From: Marsupella aquatica
Taxonomy: Eukaryota > Plantae > Marchantiophyta
Length of the DNA stretch: 64,000 nt
Assembly (NCBI GenBank): GCA_973895155.1
Contig: OZ316893.1
Coordinates: 19,286,857-19,350,856 of the forward strand
Direction: 5' to 3'
Under the pieces are notes generated by a model. That model saw nothing but the letters and a program-made list of their open reading frames with translations, was not told the origin of the DNA and did no database searches. How positions within the stretch are numbered: position 1 is the first letter of the stretch; each line of letters begins with the position of its first letter. This document shows positions 39,828 through 53,100 of the stretch, piece after piece. The translations under genes and the position numbers were made by a program.

Positions 39828-40126
39828 TGTAAGAAACCGTCGACTCCAGACTAGACAACAATACAAAAATTGGAGAGAAACACTGAATCAGATGTTACAC
39901 CGATGAGACACCCCAAGTGAAGAAACTCCTGAAAGATCCATAGCATATGAGAGTATATGTGAAGAATGAGGGAGAGAATGTTCTCTTGCAACCTATACCT
40001 CCCAAGGGGAACTAAGATGTGTGAGTCTAAATAAGTGGGTCTTATTCTAAACTAACCACAAGAATCAACAAACCCTAGTAAGGCCAAAGTAACTAAAAGT
40101 CGAGAACTGAGAGTCAATTCCTAACA
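39828..40126. mobile_element. Solo LTR (299 bp, TG...CA), same family as 21000-21293
   Basis: TGTAAGAAACCG...CCTAACA with perfect TSD TCAAC (39823-39827, 40127-40131). Confidence 0.9.
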
Positions 40127-41329
40127 TCAACAACGAAAACCAATCCATCCATGATTTCATTTCTATCATACCTTGCTTGTAAAAGATACTCAGCATTTAT
40201 TTCTTCATATTGGAATCTAGACTAAATGATGTCTTAGTACAAACTTGTGATATTGCTCACAATCCATGTTGGTGTGGAAATTTGGGATGTTCATTTGTTG
40301 ACCACCCCTTTAAATGTTACCTTGTTTCGCTCTCTTTAATACATTTGGTATGGTGTATATATCTCTAGACCAAAATACAAGGACGAGATGCAACAGTACA
40401 AACAATGATCTCTTAGACTAGGTGTCCTGCTAATTGCACACCAAAACCTGACTATATACTGATATTTTGTCACTCTATACCATGATAAACCCAAAAAAAT
40501 TATTTAAATTACTGTGTTGTCCTTACTATATAGTACTAGCATTGACTACCCGACAGGGATGAGGACAAAAAAATACCTTGCACAAAAAAGAGTCATGGCT
40601 CTTTTGGTTTACCTTTCCCTCTCTGTGTTTTGTGAGTTGGAGTAGAGTCACGATCTTGAGTCTTCACTCTATACTGTTGGCCTGGAACTGGAAAATAGCT
40701 TCCGTTTGCAAATTATAAGTAAAATATTGTGACATTTTGATGTGCAATTACAGGACTCATTCTTGAACAATAATAGCAATTCTGAGGCGAATGGCTGTGA
40801 CTACTCTATGAGTCAGTTTCTCACTTAATCACAACCATTCACCCCATTCAGAGGCCAAAAACAAAAAGGTGGCTTGAAAAATCCCCTTAAAATCATCTTA
40901 CTAATAAAGCACGAATTGCAGTCTACTTTTCACAAGCTAGGGTCTAGAGTGAAGCCTCTAGACCGTAACTCTATGGTCATCATGTGCATGGTCATCATAT
41001 ACATGGGAAAAACTTATGACATGACTATGATGTATATACATGCCAATTTTTTATGATAATTTTTAAATATTTACATTAAAAATATATAGGTAATATGGCC
41101 CCACCATAACATATGTGCATAGAACATGGATGTGCATACCAAAAGTTTGTGCACATCAAGGAGAATGATATATTATATATGATTATTAAAATAATGATTT
41201 TTATCATTTCATTAATCTTCAAAGAATATGAATCAAAATTATATTTTGATAATTCTTTTATTGTCCTCTCTGTTATTCATGTTGAAAGACTATTCACGTT
41301 CTTTGAACGGGTAATCGGGGCTAGTCTTC

Positions 41330-41935
41330 ATTAGAGCCCAACGGGGTCAAAGGTCATTTTGTGGTACTCAAACTGGTGGTTGATTTCATGACCTCCAAAA
41401 AGTGATCCTAGACCCGAAACCCCATGCACAGACGAAAAAGAAAATGGTGGCTTAAAAACAACGTTGAAATCATGCTCATTGGAGCCCAAGGGGGTCAAAG
41501 TTCATTGTATGGTAGTCCAAATCGTGGTTGATCTCGTGACCTCCAAAAAGTGATCCTCAACCCGAAACCCCAGGCGAAAAAGAAAAAGGTGGCTTTAAAA
41601 ACCACCTTAAAATAGTCTTCAATGGAGCCCAAGGGGGTCATAGTCCATTGTGTGGTACTCGAAATGGTGGTTGATCTCATGACCTCCAAAAAGTGAACCT
41701 AAACATACATATCCAACAAGTGATCCTAAACCCAAAACCCCATTCACAGGCGAAAAGGAAAAGGTCGCTTGAAAAATACCTTAATATATGCTCATTTGGA
41801 GCCCAAGGGGGTCAAAGCCCATTTCCCCGGACGGCGGGGGATGGGTTACCAATGGAGGAGAGAATATGACAGAACAGGGCGTTGGAGCCCTAGGGGATCA
41901 AAGCCCATTTCCCAAGACGGGGGATGGGTTTCCAT
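41330..41935. repeat. Degenerate tandem array, ~145-bp unit
   Basis: GAGCCC(A/T)A.GGG.TCA anchor at 41334, 41482, 41625, 41799, 41885; units carry GGTTGAT.TC.TGACCTCCAAAAAGTGA and GAAAA.GAAA..GGT.GCTT; related motif at ~40863. Confidence 0.85.
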
Positions 41936-43194
41936 TAGTAGAATATTTTTGCAACTTTCCCTCTAGCCATTTCTCTGTAGTCTCACCATAATAAAAAAAA
42001 TGGTATCATTTGCATAACAAACAATCACAATTTTGAATCACGTGCCTTAATTACACCTGGGCCAGGCTGGCCACGGGGTTACTGCCCATAGCTTTCTGCA
42101 CAACGCACAAGAAAAATTCGAGAAATAACTTATATTTGCACACAGACCCAGGGGCCTCATTAAGAGACTGAAGCTGTCCAAAATAAGATGACGTCGTTTC
42201 GTTTTTATTCCTACTGTATTTGCTTTTCAGTTGAGGGTAGAGAATATAAAGCCGGGTTGGACAGACGGTCTGTTGTGATGTGAAGGATGGAGTTCCCAAG
42301 CTGGTACGGATTGACACAAAATGTATACAAATGTTCAAATGCTTACTTTTATAGTTTTGATTGAAATGTGACCTGTCAAGGAGCTTTTGCTTGTTTGCAA
42401 ACCGTTTCAATAATTTACCACGTAGTATATCATTGCTTATGCCCAAACTACTTAGGGCATCTTTCACAGAAATGGTATTTTTGCCGCTCATTTTCAAAAC
42501 TACTGTAAGGTGTCTTACATAAAAGTGAAATCTCAGTTGACAATTGATTTATAATATTAGATCAAATGAAAATGCTCATAAAAAATGAAGCAAATGATGT
42601 TTGGAAAATCTCAAACTTTGTGAGATAATAACTCCACATCAAAGAACTTGCTAGCAAAAATTGAACTTAAACAAAGATCCTAAGAGCATCTCCAATAGTG
42701 TATTTTATTTCTGTAGTGTGGTTGTGTGTACACTAACTAGAGTACTCTATTTTTATAGTGTACCCTAAACCCTAAACCCCAGTGTGTACATAACAACAAT
42801 GTAAGGAGTTACCCTTTTTAAGAATACCCTATATAGCAAGGATGATTTGTGAAAATGAGTTAGTGGGTTTTTTTTACTACCTCCTGACATAGGCACCCTT
42901 GGATACTAATGATTAAATCTTGGATAACCCAGGAATGAATCTTATATTCAGTCAATGTAGTCACTCAAATACACTTCCAAAAACCCAATACCCGAGCAAT
43001 CTCACAAATTGAATCATGTTCCAATAATTTATTGGGTTATTGTTATAATACAAGTATATGCCAGGTTAGGTTAGACTAACCATGATCCCAACTAGAGTTA
43101 CCATTGTACCTAATGACCTATATTATATGGAAAGCGGTTGAAACCAAGTGAGTTGTTTCCACATCTTGTCTCCTCGATTCTCATGGCTATGACT

Positions 43195-45000
43195 TCCACA
43201 CCTTCTAACACGTTATCAGCATGAGCCTCTAGAAACCAAGAGCCAATTGAAATTGAAAGTTGGAATACGAAGTAGATAGCCCATGCAGAAAAGGTGGAAT
43301 ATTTTTTTGCAAACAAGATTGCTGCATGATGCACCGATTTAGAATTCCAGGAGACTAGCAACCAGATTGATGAAATAAATATATCGGGAGGACATGCACT
43401 GAAAAAAATCTCATTTTCCAGGTTCACTCACGGACCAGGGACACTCATTTTGAATGAGAAACAAAAAGGGAATCAGAAAGCTGAGATAGTAGGTGGATAT
43501 GTGGAATGTAATTTGGGAAAAGTAAATGAATCCCTGAGGGCAATAGAAATGGTTGCTGTGAATAGGAGAATCAGGTTAGAGCTATAGAGGATCTCAGACA
43601 TCCAAAGGCAAAGGGAGAAAAGAGGATATCGGTTCAGGTTTGCTGCGGCTGAGGAATGCGGAAGGCGATGGTGAGAATTAATGAGACCTGAAAGGAATTG
43701 ACTGATAATCTCCAGAAGACTGAACCCCGGACTGAACAAAGAAATGACGAACCCGGGTCATATAGTACTCTGTGAAAATCTATGTGGAGAGAGAAATTGA
43801 AGATGAGACAGATGTACACGAAGTCAGAGGGAGAAGATTGTTGCTAAACTTAAGAGAGATCGGAAGAGATGCGCACTTGACAAAGAGGCAAAGATCAACA
43901 GAATACGCAACAGTAGTGGGAGTCTGAGCTTTTATTTTTTTAAGATCAAGATTGGGACGATGACCTTATCGCAGAAGAAGATGACAAGGCACACAAAATG
44001 ACTGCTTTATCGTGCCATGAATAGAACGAGAGGAGAACTGGCCAGGACTATCACCAGGGGCAGCAAGGAAATAATAGCCCAAAGAAGAAGGGCGCAGACA
44101 CCCGCGCAGACATTCTGGGCAGTGGCACCTAAATGAGGCGACCATAGCCCCCCCAGGTACACAGTCCAGTCAAGTCAAGGCAAATACAATGAGAACAAAA
44201 CGAGGGCAAACGGTGCCCAGATGATGAAGTACTTAATCCCCACAGCTCGCCTACGACCAGACCACAATAACAGAGAGAAGCAACAAACCCTGTAAGGAAT
44301 GGACCTATTGTCCCTCCAAAATACCACTCCATACTTTTGGCCAAAGATGAATATGCTATCCAGGTAACAGATCTATGTACGGACTAAACCTCAGGGCCTC
44401 AATCCAATGGGTGTCACATATCACATGTGAAATGTTGGGGAATAAACACCCTAAAACTTAAGTCAATATTTTTTTAATAAATTTTCTTACCCTTAACTTA
44501 ATGGAATATTCTTGGAATGTTCTCACATTTGGTTTTAAAGACCCTATGATTCTTATAATTCTCAAATCGAATTAAAACAACTTTAATATTCTTCAACAAA
44601 AATTTAAAAGTTTTTCACTAAACCAAATAAAAAACCCTATACTTGTTTAAGTGTGGTAGGTTGGAAGAAAAAAACTTAGGACCAGGGAGCAGTGGTAGGA
44701 TCTGATATAAAAGATTTAAAGATGAGATGCTGAATATGAATTTCCAAATGAGTACATTGCTTCACACTTATTCATCGAATGGGAAGATAAAGAATTTATC
44801 ATCTTTGCCATATATGTAGATGATACAAATTTGTTTGGTCACACAAAAATGATTAAACATACTATAGAAATGTTAAAGAAGATATTTGAGATGAAGGATT
44901 TAGTAAAAACTCATTATTGCTTGGGTTTACAACTTGAACACTTAGCAAATGACATTCTTTTACATCAAAATACTTACACTAAAAAAGTCCTTATTGAATT
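43195..45000 (+). mobile_element. Highly degraded Bianca-like Ty1/copia relic (LTR end plus PBS, and an RT fragment)
   Basis: ...CTAACA followed directly by CGTTATCAGCATG (43211-43223); RT fragment FIIFAIYVDDTNLFG...FEMKDLVKTHYCLGLQLEH...ILLHQNTYTKKVL at ~44790-44995. That the two pieces belong to one element is inferred. Confidence 0.55.
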
Positions 45001-48000
45001 GGTGAAGGACACAATTAAGTACACAGCCGTAACAAACACCAACAGTTTACAAGTTGGTCCAACTTTTGGAAAACTTCACGGTCAATCTCAAAAGTAGTGT
45101 AATTACGAAAGCTATCTGTCACTTGCTCAGTCGTGGGGACTGACAGGACAAAACCCTTCAGCACATCAAGGCTTTATATTCATTTCCGGGTAAAAGCCAA
45201 ATTTAGTAATAAGAGCCTGAAGTCGTTTCATTCTCCCAAAAAGATTCGATTGCTTTTCACTCTGCGAAGGAGCATAAAAACCCTTCTCCTCAGCACAGTC
45301 GTAACATTACAAACTTTTTAATTGCGTGCTTTTTGGCGGGCTGTGCAAAGGGACTACTTGGCGGCATTGCAACACCACCGTTCCAAATTTAACTTTCAAA
45401 TTTTAGTCCAATGTTAGGCACTGAAAAGTGGACAGTTCTTCGAGGGAATGACTGGAATGAAGCTTCAGGAGCACTTCGAGGGAATGATTGGAATTAATGC
45501 CCACCCGACGAGAGCCATTAAAATAATGATGTGCTGTAGTGGAAGTGCACTGAGCTAGAGAGTAGAGACTACCGAGTAATGTACCGCTACACTCTTGACT
45601 ACATAACACCTCTTCCTAAGTGCAGAATCTGGTAGTGCAAACCTGGCTAATTTCAAGGCGTCTGATTATTCGATTTTGTCTGACCATTTTGCACTATGGT
45701 TTTGAGCTTTTTATTGGTGAAAGAGTACTTCGTGGAAGAGTGCTTGGTGCAAAGAGTGCTCTGTTAAACGACAGATCTGTAAGTGCAAAGCCCTCTACAA
45801 GGGTGTACATACAGTTATGAGAAATCCCATTTGTATCTCTACGGATAAGTGCATATTATTTTCTGATATACTATTTTATTGGGCATTTTGTGCCATGATG
45901 CTCCCAAAAAGAGAGCTTCAGCTCCTAGTTTCGAGAGTCTATTATGGCAGGCTATTATGGCCCACAATGCTTTGGGTCCAAGACCTTTATAAATACACTT
46001 CAATGTTTAATAAATATTGCATTTTTAAACTTTTAGTAGAATTAGAGGAGAAATCTCATATTGAGGTGATTCAAATCTTGACTGTACATTGGTTTCCAAG
46101 AATGCCCTGGAAATTACAATGCTATCATTTGATAAATGACAAGGGTTTAGGATAGGGATGCACAATCTGAGGGATGTAGAGTTGATGGTTTTTGGGACTG
46201 CATGAGACTGAGGGCTGAGGCAGAAAACTATTCATCAGGTTAGTTATCTGAAAGTGAAAAGTCTGGAAATGTGACATAGTGCAAACCACATTTAAGTGCA
46301 AATCCCTGGCATAGTACCATCGTCCCAGGAGTGCGGTTTTCGTAAAAGTAGGCCAAACAGTTCTTACAGAAATCATGGAATGCATTTTCCTGAGCGCAGA
46401 GTGCTGACGCGGATACGGCTGAATGCGAACATCAGACAACGTTGTAAAGAGCAATGTTATCATCAGAAGAACAGCCTCTCGTTTGTGCTCCATCCTTGAT
46501 TGCATCCCTTGTAACGAAAGTATGTCTGTCGGTACTGTCACATGGGCGTGGTCCTCCATCCTTCTTCAGTTCTTCGTCCTCGAGTCCTCCCGTCCTCCTC
46601 TCGTCTGAGCCTTGTTTTCTCTTTACTGCTTTCATGGTACCTTGACGGTCAAACCATCGCTCACCTGCCCTTGTTCAGGGTTTCAGGTTCATTGTTCTTT
46701 GTTTGGAGCTTGGACCTGTTTTGTAAATGAACTGATCTCATAATCCATTCCTCATTACGCTGTATCATTTATGCTGTCGCTCTTTTAAGTCATCAATTGA
46801 ATTACGTACTGTCATTTGACTATGCGCTCTACAAGTAAACATTTGTAAACATCATCAAGTAAACAATTGTGAGAGAAAGTGCTATAGGTTCAATGACTCT
46901 AGAATGGTCGGGATACTACAATACCTTACTAAAAATGAGTTCTACAAGTTTACTCAAAGATAAGGGGCGTGGGGGACTGAGCGCGGGGGAGGGGTACCCG
47001 TGCGTGGCTGTATGTGGTGCAGGCTCCTGGTTCCATGCCCTCTCTTTTCCCGGTTGTTGCAAGATGCTTAGGTGGCTTCCGGGTTGTTTTCTCTCCTATT
47101 TCTGTGCTCACAACTTTGGCTCTCTGTAGTGGGGTTCTGGTAGTAGGGCTTTAATTCTTTGCTGTTTGAAGGGGCTTCTAGTCTCTTGGCTTTTCCCCCT
47201 GTGTTCCCCTCTTTAATGGGTCTTTGGCCTCTGGATTCATGTTGCCCTTTTTGACCATTTTTCTCCCAGCTGTTATGCAGCAGTGATCCCTGCCCATGAG
47301 TCATGGCCAATGGCATCAGATTATTCTTTATGGCAAAATAATATGGATTATGAACTTGATAGTCACGTTTTTTGTTCTCTATGGCAAAACATTATGGATT
47401 TGAAATTTAGTAGTCCATAATTTTCTGTCTCTGACCTTACCCTAGTAGGTTAAGGCACATTTAGTTTTCAGGTGAGGCCTCCTATCGGTTTGCATGCAAG
47501 TGGGTTTCCCAGCTGATATGCTGAGTAGTGGTTCAACCCATTGCCAGAGCAATAAGTTCCCCAATCAATTGACTCTCTGACATGACGGGGTCTCAAACAG
47601 TGGTTTTCTAAGTGGCAAAAATTTGCCAAATTCCACCTCCCCAAAAATCTTTTGCCATTTTTGGCAAAAATTTGCTATTATTTTGCTGTCTCATTAGCCA
47701 GTGTTCCGCCTAATCCCAGGCCCCTTTAGCCAGAATCTAACGGTCAAACTTAAATCTAGGGAGATCTGACGGTTAGAGAAAATAATTGAATAGGGAATCT
47801 TTTGAGCATCTTCTCCCTTCACACACTGTACATTCTCCACTCTGGCAAAAAAGTAAATACCTTATAAAATAGGCTGGTCTCAAACCTCAAAATTTAATGT
47901 GCCTCAACTTAGTAGAAAGGTTAAATCGTGACCCCAGAGTTAATTGGAATTTGGCTTGGGGAGCGGCAAAAGCACTGAACCAAGCTGAGAAGCGCAAAAG

Positions 48001-50145
48001 AGCAGCCATCAGGAACGCTAGGCAGCCAGGGGAAGAGCTGCTTCGGCTGAGAGTAGAGATGTGCACCAATCCTACTCCAGCCCTTTCAGAAGAACTTAGA
48101 AGAATTGAAGATAGCACTAGGGAGAGGGACCAAGCTGACATGATTAAGTTGAGAAGGAAAAGCATAGTACGGTGGTTGAAACTCTGTGAAGCCCCAACTA
48201 AGTAATTTTTCAATCAATTGAAGGCAAAACATGCAAAGGAGAGCATCAAACAGCTGAAAAAAACCAATGGAGAGATTATTGAGGACGCCGGACAAGCATC
48301 CTCAATGAGATTCATGGTTTCTATTTGAACCTGTATACTACGGACTCGCAGGTTGAGACACACTATAGTGCTTTGGAAGAAGTCTTGGGACTGATCAAAG
48401 AGTAGGTTTCTATACAGGAAAATCAGGCAATTGCTCAACTTCCTAGTGAAGAGGAAATTGAGAAGATAGTGTTTAACCTACCCAAGGAGAAATCACCAGG
48501 GATTGACAGGGTTAGTGCAGAAATGTTGATTAAGGGATAGGATTTTATGAAGCCAGCCTGTATGAAAATGATTCATGCATTTTGGCAGGACAGAAAACTC
48601 ACTACCTGGGCTAAGATTGGAGTGATCAAACTGATTCCAAAGAATCTTGAGGTATTGGAACTCAGCAATTGGAGACCATTGACGATGCTAACCTTGACGG
48701 AAAAACTGGTTGCTAAGCTAATGGCAAATCGGATCAAGAAGGTAGCAAACAAACTGATTGACCCACAATAGACTGACTTTTTGGAACGGTGGGACATTCT
48801 AGACAACCTCTTGAACGTCAAGTTGGGACAAGAGTATGCAACGACTAGTAAACAACCCCTAATCTTTCTCAAACTGGATTTTGCTAAAGCATATGATAGA
48901 GTGGCTCACTCATTCTTGTGGGCTGTGATGAGGGCGGTGAAATTTGATGAACAGGTCATCACTCTAGTGAAGGGGCTAGTGGAGCACACCCAATCCAAAG
49001 TTCACATCAATGGGAGATTTACTGAACCAATTAGGTTGAACAGAGGAGTGAGGCAAGGCTGCCCCCGATCCCCGCTCCTTTTCGCTCTAACCACTCAACC
49101 TCTGATGGGGCAATGCAGGAGTAAGATTGAAACCGGGAAGCTGAACGGCCTAAAGTTGTGTGACAACAAGAGTCTTTGCCACCAGCCTTTTGTTGATGAC
49201 ACTGGGCTCTTTTTGGCGGCAAGTGAGGGTAATTTCCAGATGGCTAGGAAGATAGTGCAACACTATGAGAATATTTCTGGTGCATTACTGAACGTGCAAA
49301 AATCTAAGATTATTCCCATCTACTTCTAGGACGGTGTGTACCCAGAGTGACTAAAGGCCGCCGGATGCAAAATCGCCAAGGAAGGTGAGATAACGGAATA
49401 CCTGGGCAGCTCGATTGGATACAAGGTTTGACCATCACATGAAGCAGCCTTTCTGGTGGGAAAATTGAGGAGACGGTTGCGCAACTGGACAAATAGGAGC
49501 CTATCCATGGCGGAAAGGTCGATCCTTCTTAAGCATGTACTTAGGGCCATCCCCACGTACCACTTGATGTTGTTGGCATTGCACAAGACTGGTTTACAGG
49601 AGATGGAAAAAGTCAGCCGATGATTTTTGTGGGGTTCAACAACCAACGATGGAACTAAGAAAGCGCTCATAGCTTGGAACGTCATCACAAAACCCAAGGA
49701 CGATGGCGGCTTGGGATTCAGCCCTTTGAGGAGCATGCCCAGTCACTGAGAATGCGACATATAGCCAAACTGATTACTCAGGTGGAGTTTGAGTGGGTGC
49801 AAATTTCACAGGAGATCTTCACTATGGGGCTGAAGGCAGGGTCGGGGAAGAAAGAGAGATGGAACTGGACTGCAACTGAAGCTCTTCTGCTGGACGATGA
49901 GATTCACATCCAGGGTTCACCCACTCTGCAGGGACTACCAAAGGGATGGAATAACAAGAGCCACCACCTAAAGTTCAACTTTGGGGAAGGTCAGATCCCT
50001 GCCACCTCTCCATCGAGCAAACTATTGTGTTGTACCTGCGGTCCAACGTCACTACTACTCAACAAGGAATTTACCTGAGAAGATTCCTTGCCAACCAGGG
50101 CATCAAGAGCCTGAAGAATCTCAAGAATCAACAAGGAGAATGGGT

Positions 50146-53100
50146 TGTTGAGCATAGACGACATTCGTAACGGCAAGCCCAAGAACCATCCAACACACAA
50201 TAGTCGACACAAAGAGATACGTGGTTCACCTCCACATGAGGCTACGTCCACGGGAACACACAAGAGCTTTACTGCACTCTAGGCTGACCGGCCATACCAA
50301 GCATCCACAGCACAAGCTCTCCTTATCTCTCAACTAGCTCCGTAACAATGAGCCTAAGTTCTACCAGGGTCTGGCATCAGCCCTGGCTAAATGCACAATA
50401 GCACTACCGCTAACATTAGCTAAGTCCTAACCCGAGATAGACTAACTGTGGTTAGCTCAAGAGTCACAAGACTAGAGCAATATCTAACAAACTCCCCCTT
50501 GACTCTTGTCTTGGGGACTGGACTAAATGCAACCATATGGAATCCTCACCAGGAAGTTCTAGACAATCACCAAACCAGGTCTCCCCCTAAAAACCACAAG
50601 GGTTAACTAAGGGTTAACTAGAACTAAGCCGTAGCCAAACAGGAATGAGTAATCCATATACAAATAGTCACACATTGCTAAATAACTCTACTTGCACTAC
50701 AACTGCAAAACCTGCAAAGTAGCACGGTGTCTTGAGAAACTCTCCAAAGGAATCACTTTGGTAAAGGCATCAGTGGGATTGAGCTTTCCATCAATCTTGA
50801 CTAGCTCAAAAGTTTTATCAGACACTGCTTGCCTGATAAAATAGTACCTGATATCAATGTGCTTCACCCTGCTATCCATCACCTGGTTAGCAGCCAAGTG
50901 AAGAGCACTCTGACTATCACAGTTTAGAGTCATTTTTCCATGCTCTAAACCCCATCTCCGCGATCAACTTATCCAACCAAATTTCTTCCTTTGCAGCTTC
51001 TGCTGCTGCAACATACTCTCCTTCTGTAGTAGACTGAGATATGCACTTCTGCAAGGTAGATTTCCAACTGATACATCCTCCTCCAAGAGTGTGTACAAAC
51101 CCAGTTGTAGATCTCCTTGTATCCAGACAGCCTCCATAGTCAGAATCTACATAGCCAACTAACGTTCTATTTGATCTGTTATCAAATAGTAATCCATAGT
51201 CCTGTGTACCCTTCAGATACCTGAGAATCCACTTTACAGCTTCCCAATGTACCTTCCCTGGATTTGACATGAATCTGCTAACCTTGCCCATCGCTAGGGC
51301 TAAGTCAGGCCTAGTACAAGTCATCAAATACATCAGACTGCCTACTGCCTTCTCATAAGGAATCTTAGCCATCAAACCTTTCTCCACAGCATCCGTAGGA
51401 GAGAAAGCCGATGATAACTTGAAATGTGAAGCTAAAGGAATACTCACTGGCTTACAGTTTTCCATGTTGAATCGTGCAAGTACTTTCCTCGCATACTGGC
51501 CTTGACTCAAGCACAACTGTCCAGTCTCAGAGTTCCTAAAAATCTCCGTTCCTAAGATCCTCTTGGCCTTACCAAGATCCTTCATCCTGAATTCAACACT
51601 CAATTTTGCCTTGAGACTGTCAACCTCAGATTGATCTTTAGCCACAATCAGCATGTCATCCACATAGATCACCAGAATGATGAAACCAAATACATCATTC
51701 TTGATTGATTTCGTATACACACAAGGATCATACACCATCCTTGTAAAACCTTGAGCAAACATGAAATCATCAAACCGCTTGTTCCACTGTCTGGGAGACT
51801 GCTTCAATCCATACAAGGACTTGAGCAATCTGCAAACTAAGTTCTCTTGGCCTTTCTTCATAAAGCCTAGCGGCTGTCTCATGAAGATCATCTCGTCCAA
51901 GTTGCCATAGAGAAAAGCAGTAACAACATCCATCTGATCCATCACCAGATTAAAAAACACAACAATCTGACACAAGATCCGAATTGTGGAATACTTAGCC
52001 ACCGGTGAAAAGACCTCATTGTAGTCCACTCCTTTCTCCTGAGTGAACCCCTTGGCAACAAGCCTTGCCTTGTAGATCTTATCTCCACCCTCTGAAGGAC
52101 TGTCCTTCAACTTATAAATCCACTTGCTGTCCACCACTTGCTGACCTCTTGGAAGCTCCACCAGCTCCCATGTCTTGTTGTCACTCAAAGATTGCAACTC
52201 CCTCTACATTGCTGCATTCCACTCATGCTTTTGCTCTGAAGCACAAGCCTCACTGTACGAAGAAGGCTCTCCTTCTTCCAAGGTCAAAGCCATGTCATCA
52301 TCATCAGGTGCAATGTCAATATCATCTAGCTTAGATGAGTCTGCCCATTGACCATACCTGGTAGGAGCTCTAGTAGAACGACTGGAAGTTCTTCTAGTAG
52401 ATGACTCAGGCTGATCTGCTGCTGTTGCTGGTTGAATTTGAGGTACCCTAGCAACAATCTGTTCCTCTTGTTCCATCACAGGAACCAGCTCCAAGCTCGG
52501 AACTTCTCCATCTCTCCTGTCATGAACAGCATCATGACTAATCTCCCCCTCAACCGGGTCCGGGATGGGAGATTTCCCCTTGTCAGTATGGGAGTCCTGA
52601 GAACTCTCCCCCTCCTTTGATGATCTGGACTCATTAAAGGACACATCTCTACTGACAATTAGTTTACAGGTTATTGGATCCCATAACCTATAACCCTTCA
52701 CACCTTTCTGATAGCCAAGGAAAAATCACTTCTTCGACTTGGACTCCAGCTTGGATCGAAGCTGGGAAGGTGTAAGCACATAAGCATCACATCCAAAAAT
52801 CCTCAGATGTGAATAATCTGCTGGACGCCCGTACCTCATTTCAAATGGCGTCTTGAATCCAATAGAACTGGATGGAGAAAAATTTACCAAATAAGCTGCA
52901 GTGTTGACAGCTTCAGCCCAAAACTCATGTGGTAAGCATGATTGACTCAACATACTCCTCGAGCGGTCCAATAGTGTTCGGTTGAGTCTCTCAGAAACAC
53001 CATTCTGCTGAGGAGTATAACTTATTGTGAGATGGCGGGTAATCCCTTGCTCCTTACAATACGTTCCAAATTCCCCGGAACTGTATTCACCGCCGTTATC

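Noticed and set aside
42051-42497. 148-aa minus-strand ORF
   Set aside because: No recognisable motif, AT-rich TE-flanked context, no supporting exon structure.
42681-42700. PIF/Harbinger (Tourist)-like terminus TAA-GAGCATCTCCAA, with a similar motif at ~10673
   Set aside because: No clear matching opposite TIR or TSD found; at most a relic end.
42762-42779. Telomere-like ACCCTAAACCCTAAACCC
   Set aside because: Only ~2.5 units, too short to indicate an interstitial telomere or healed break.
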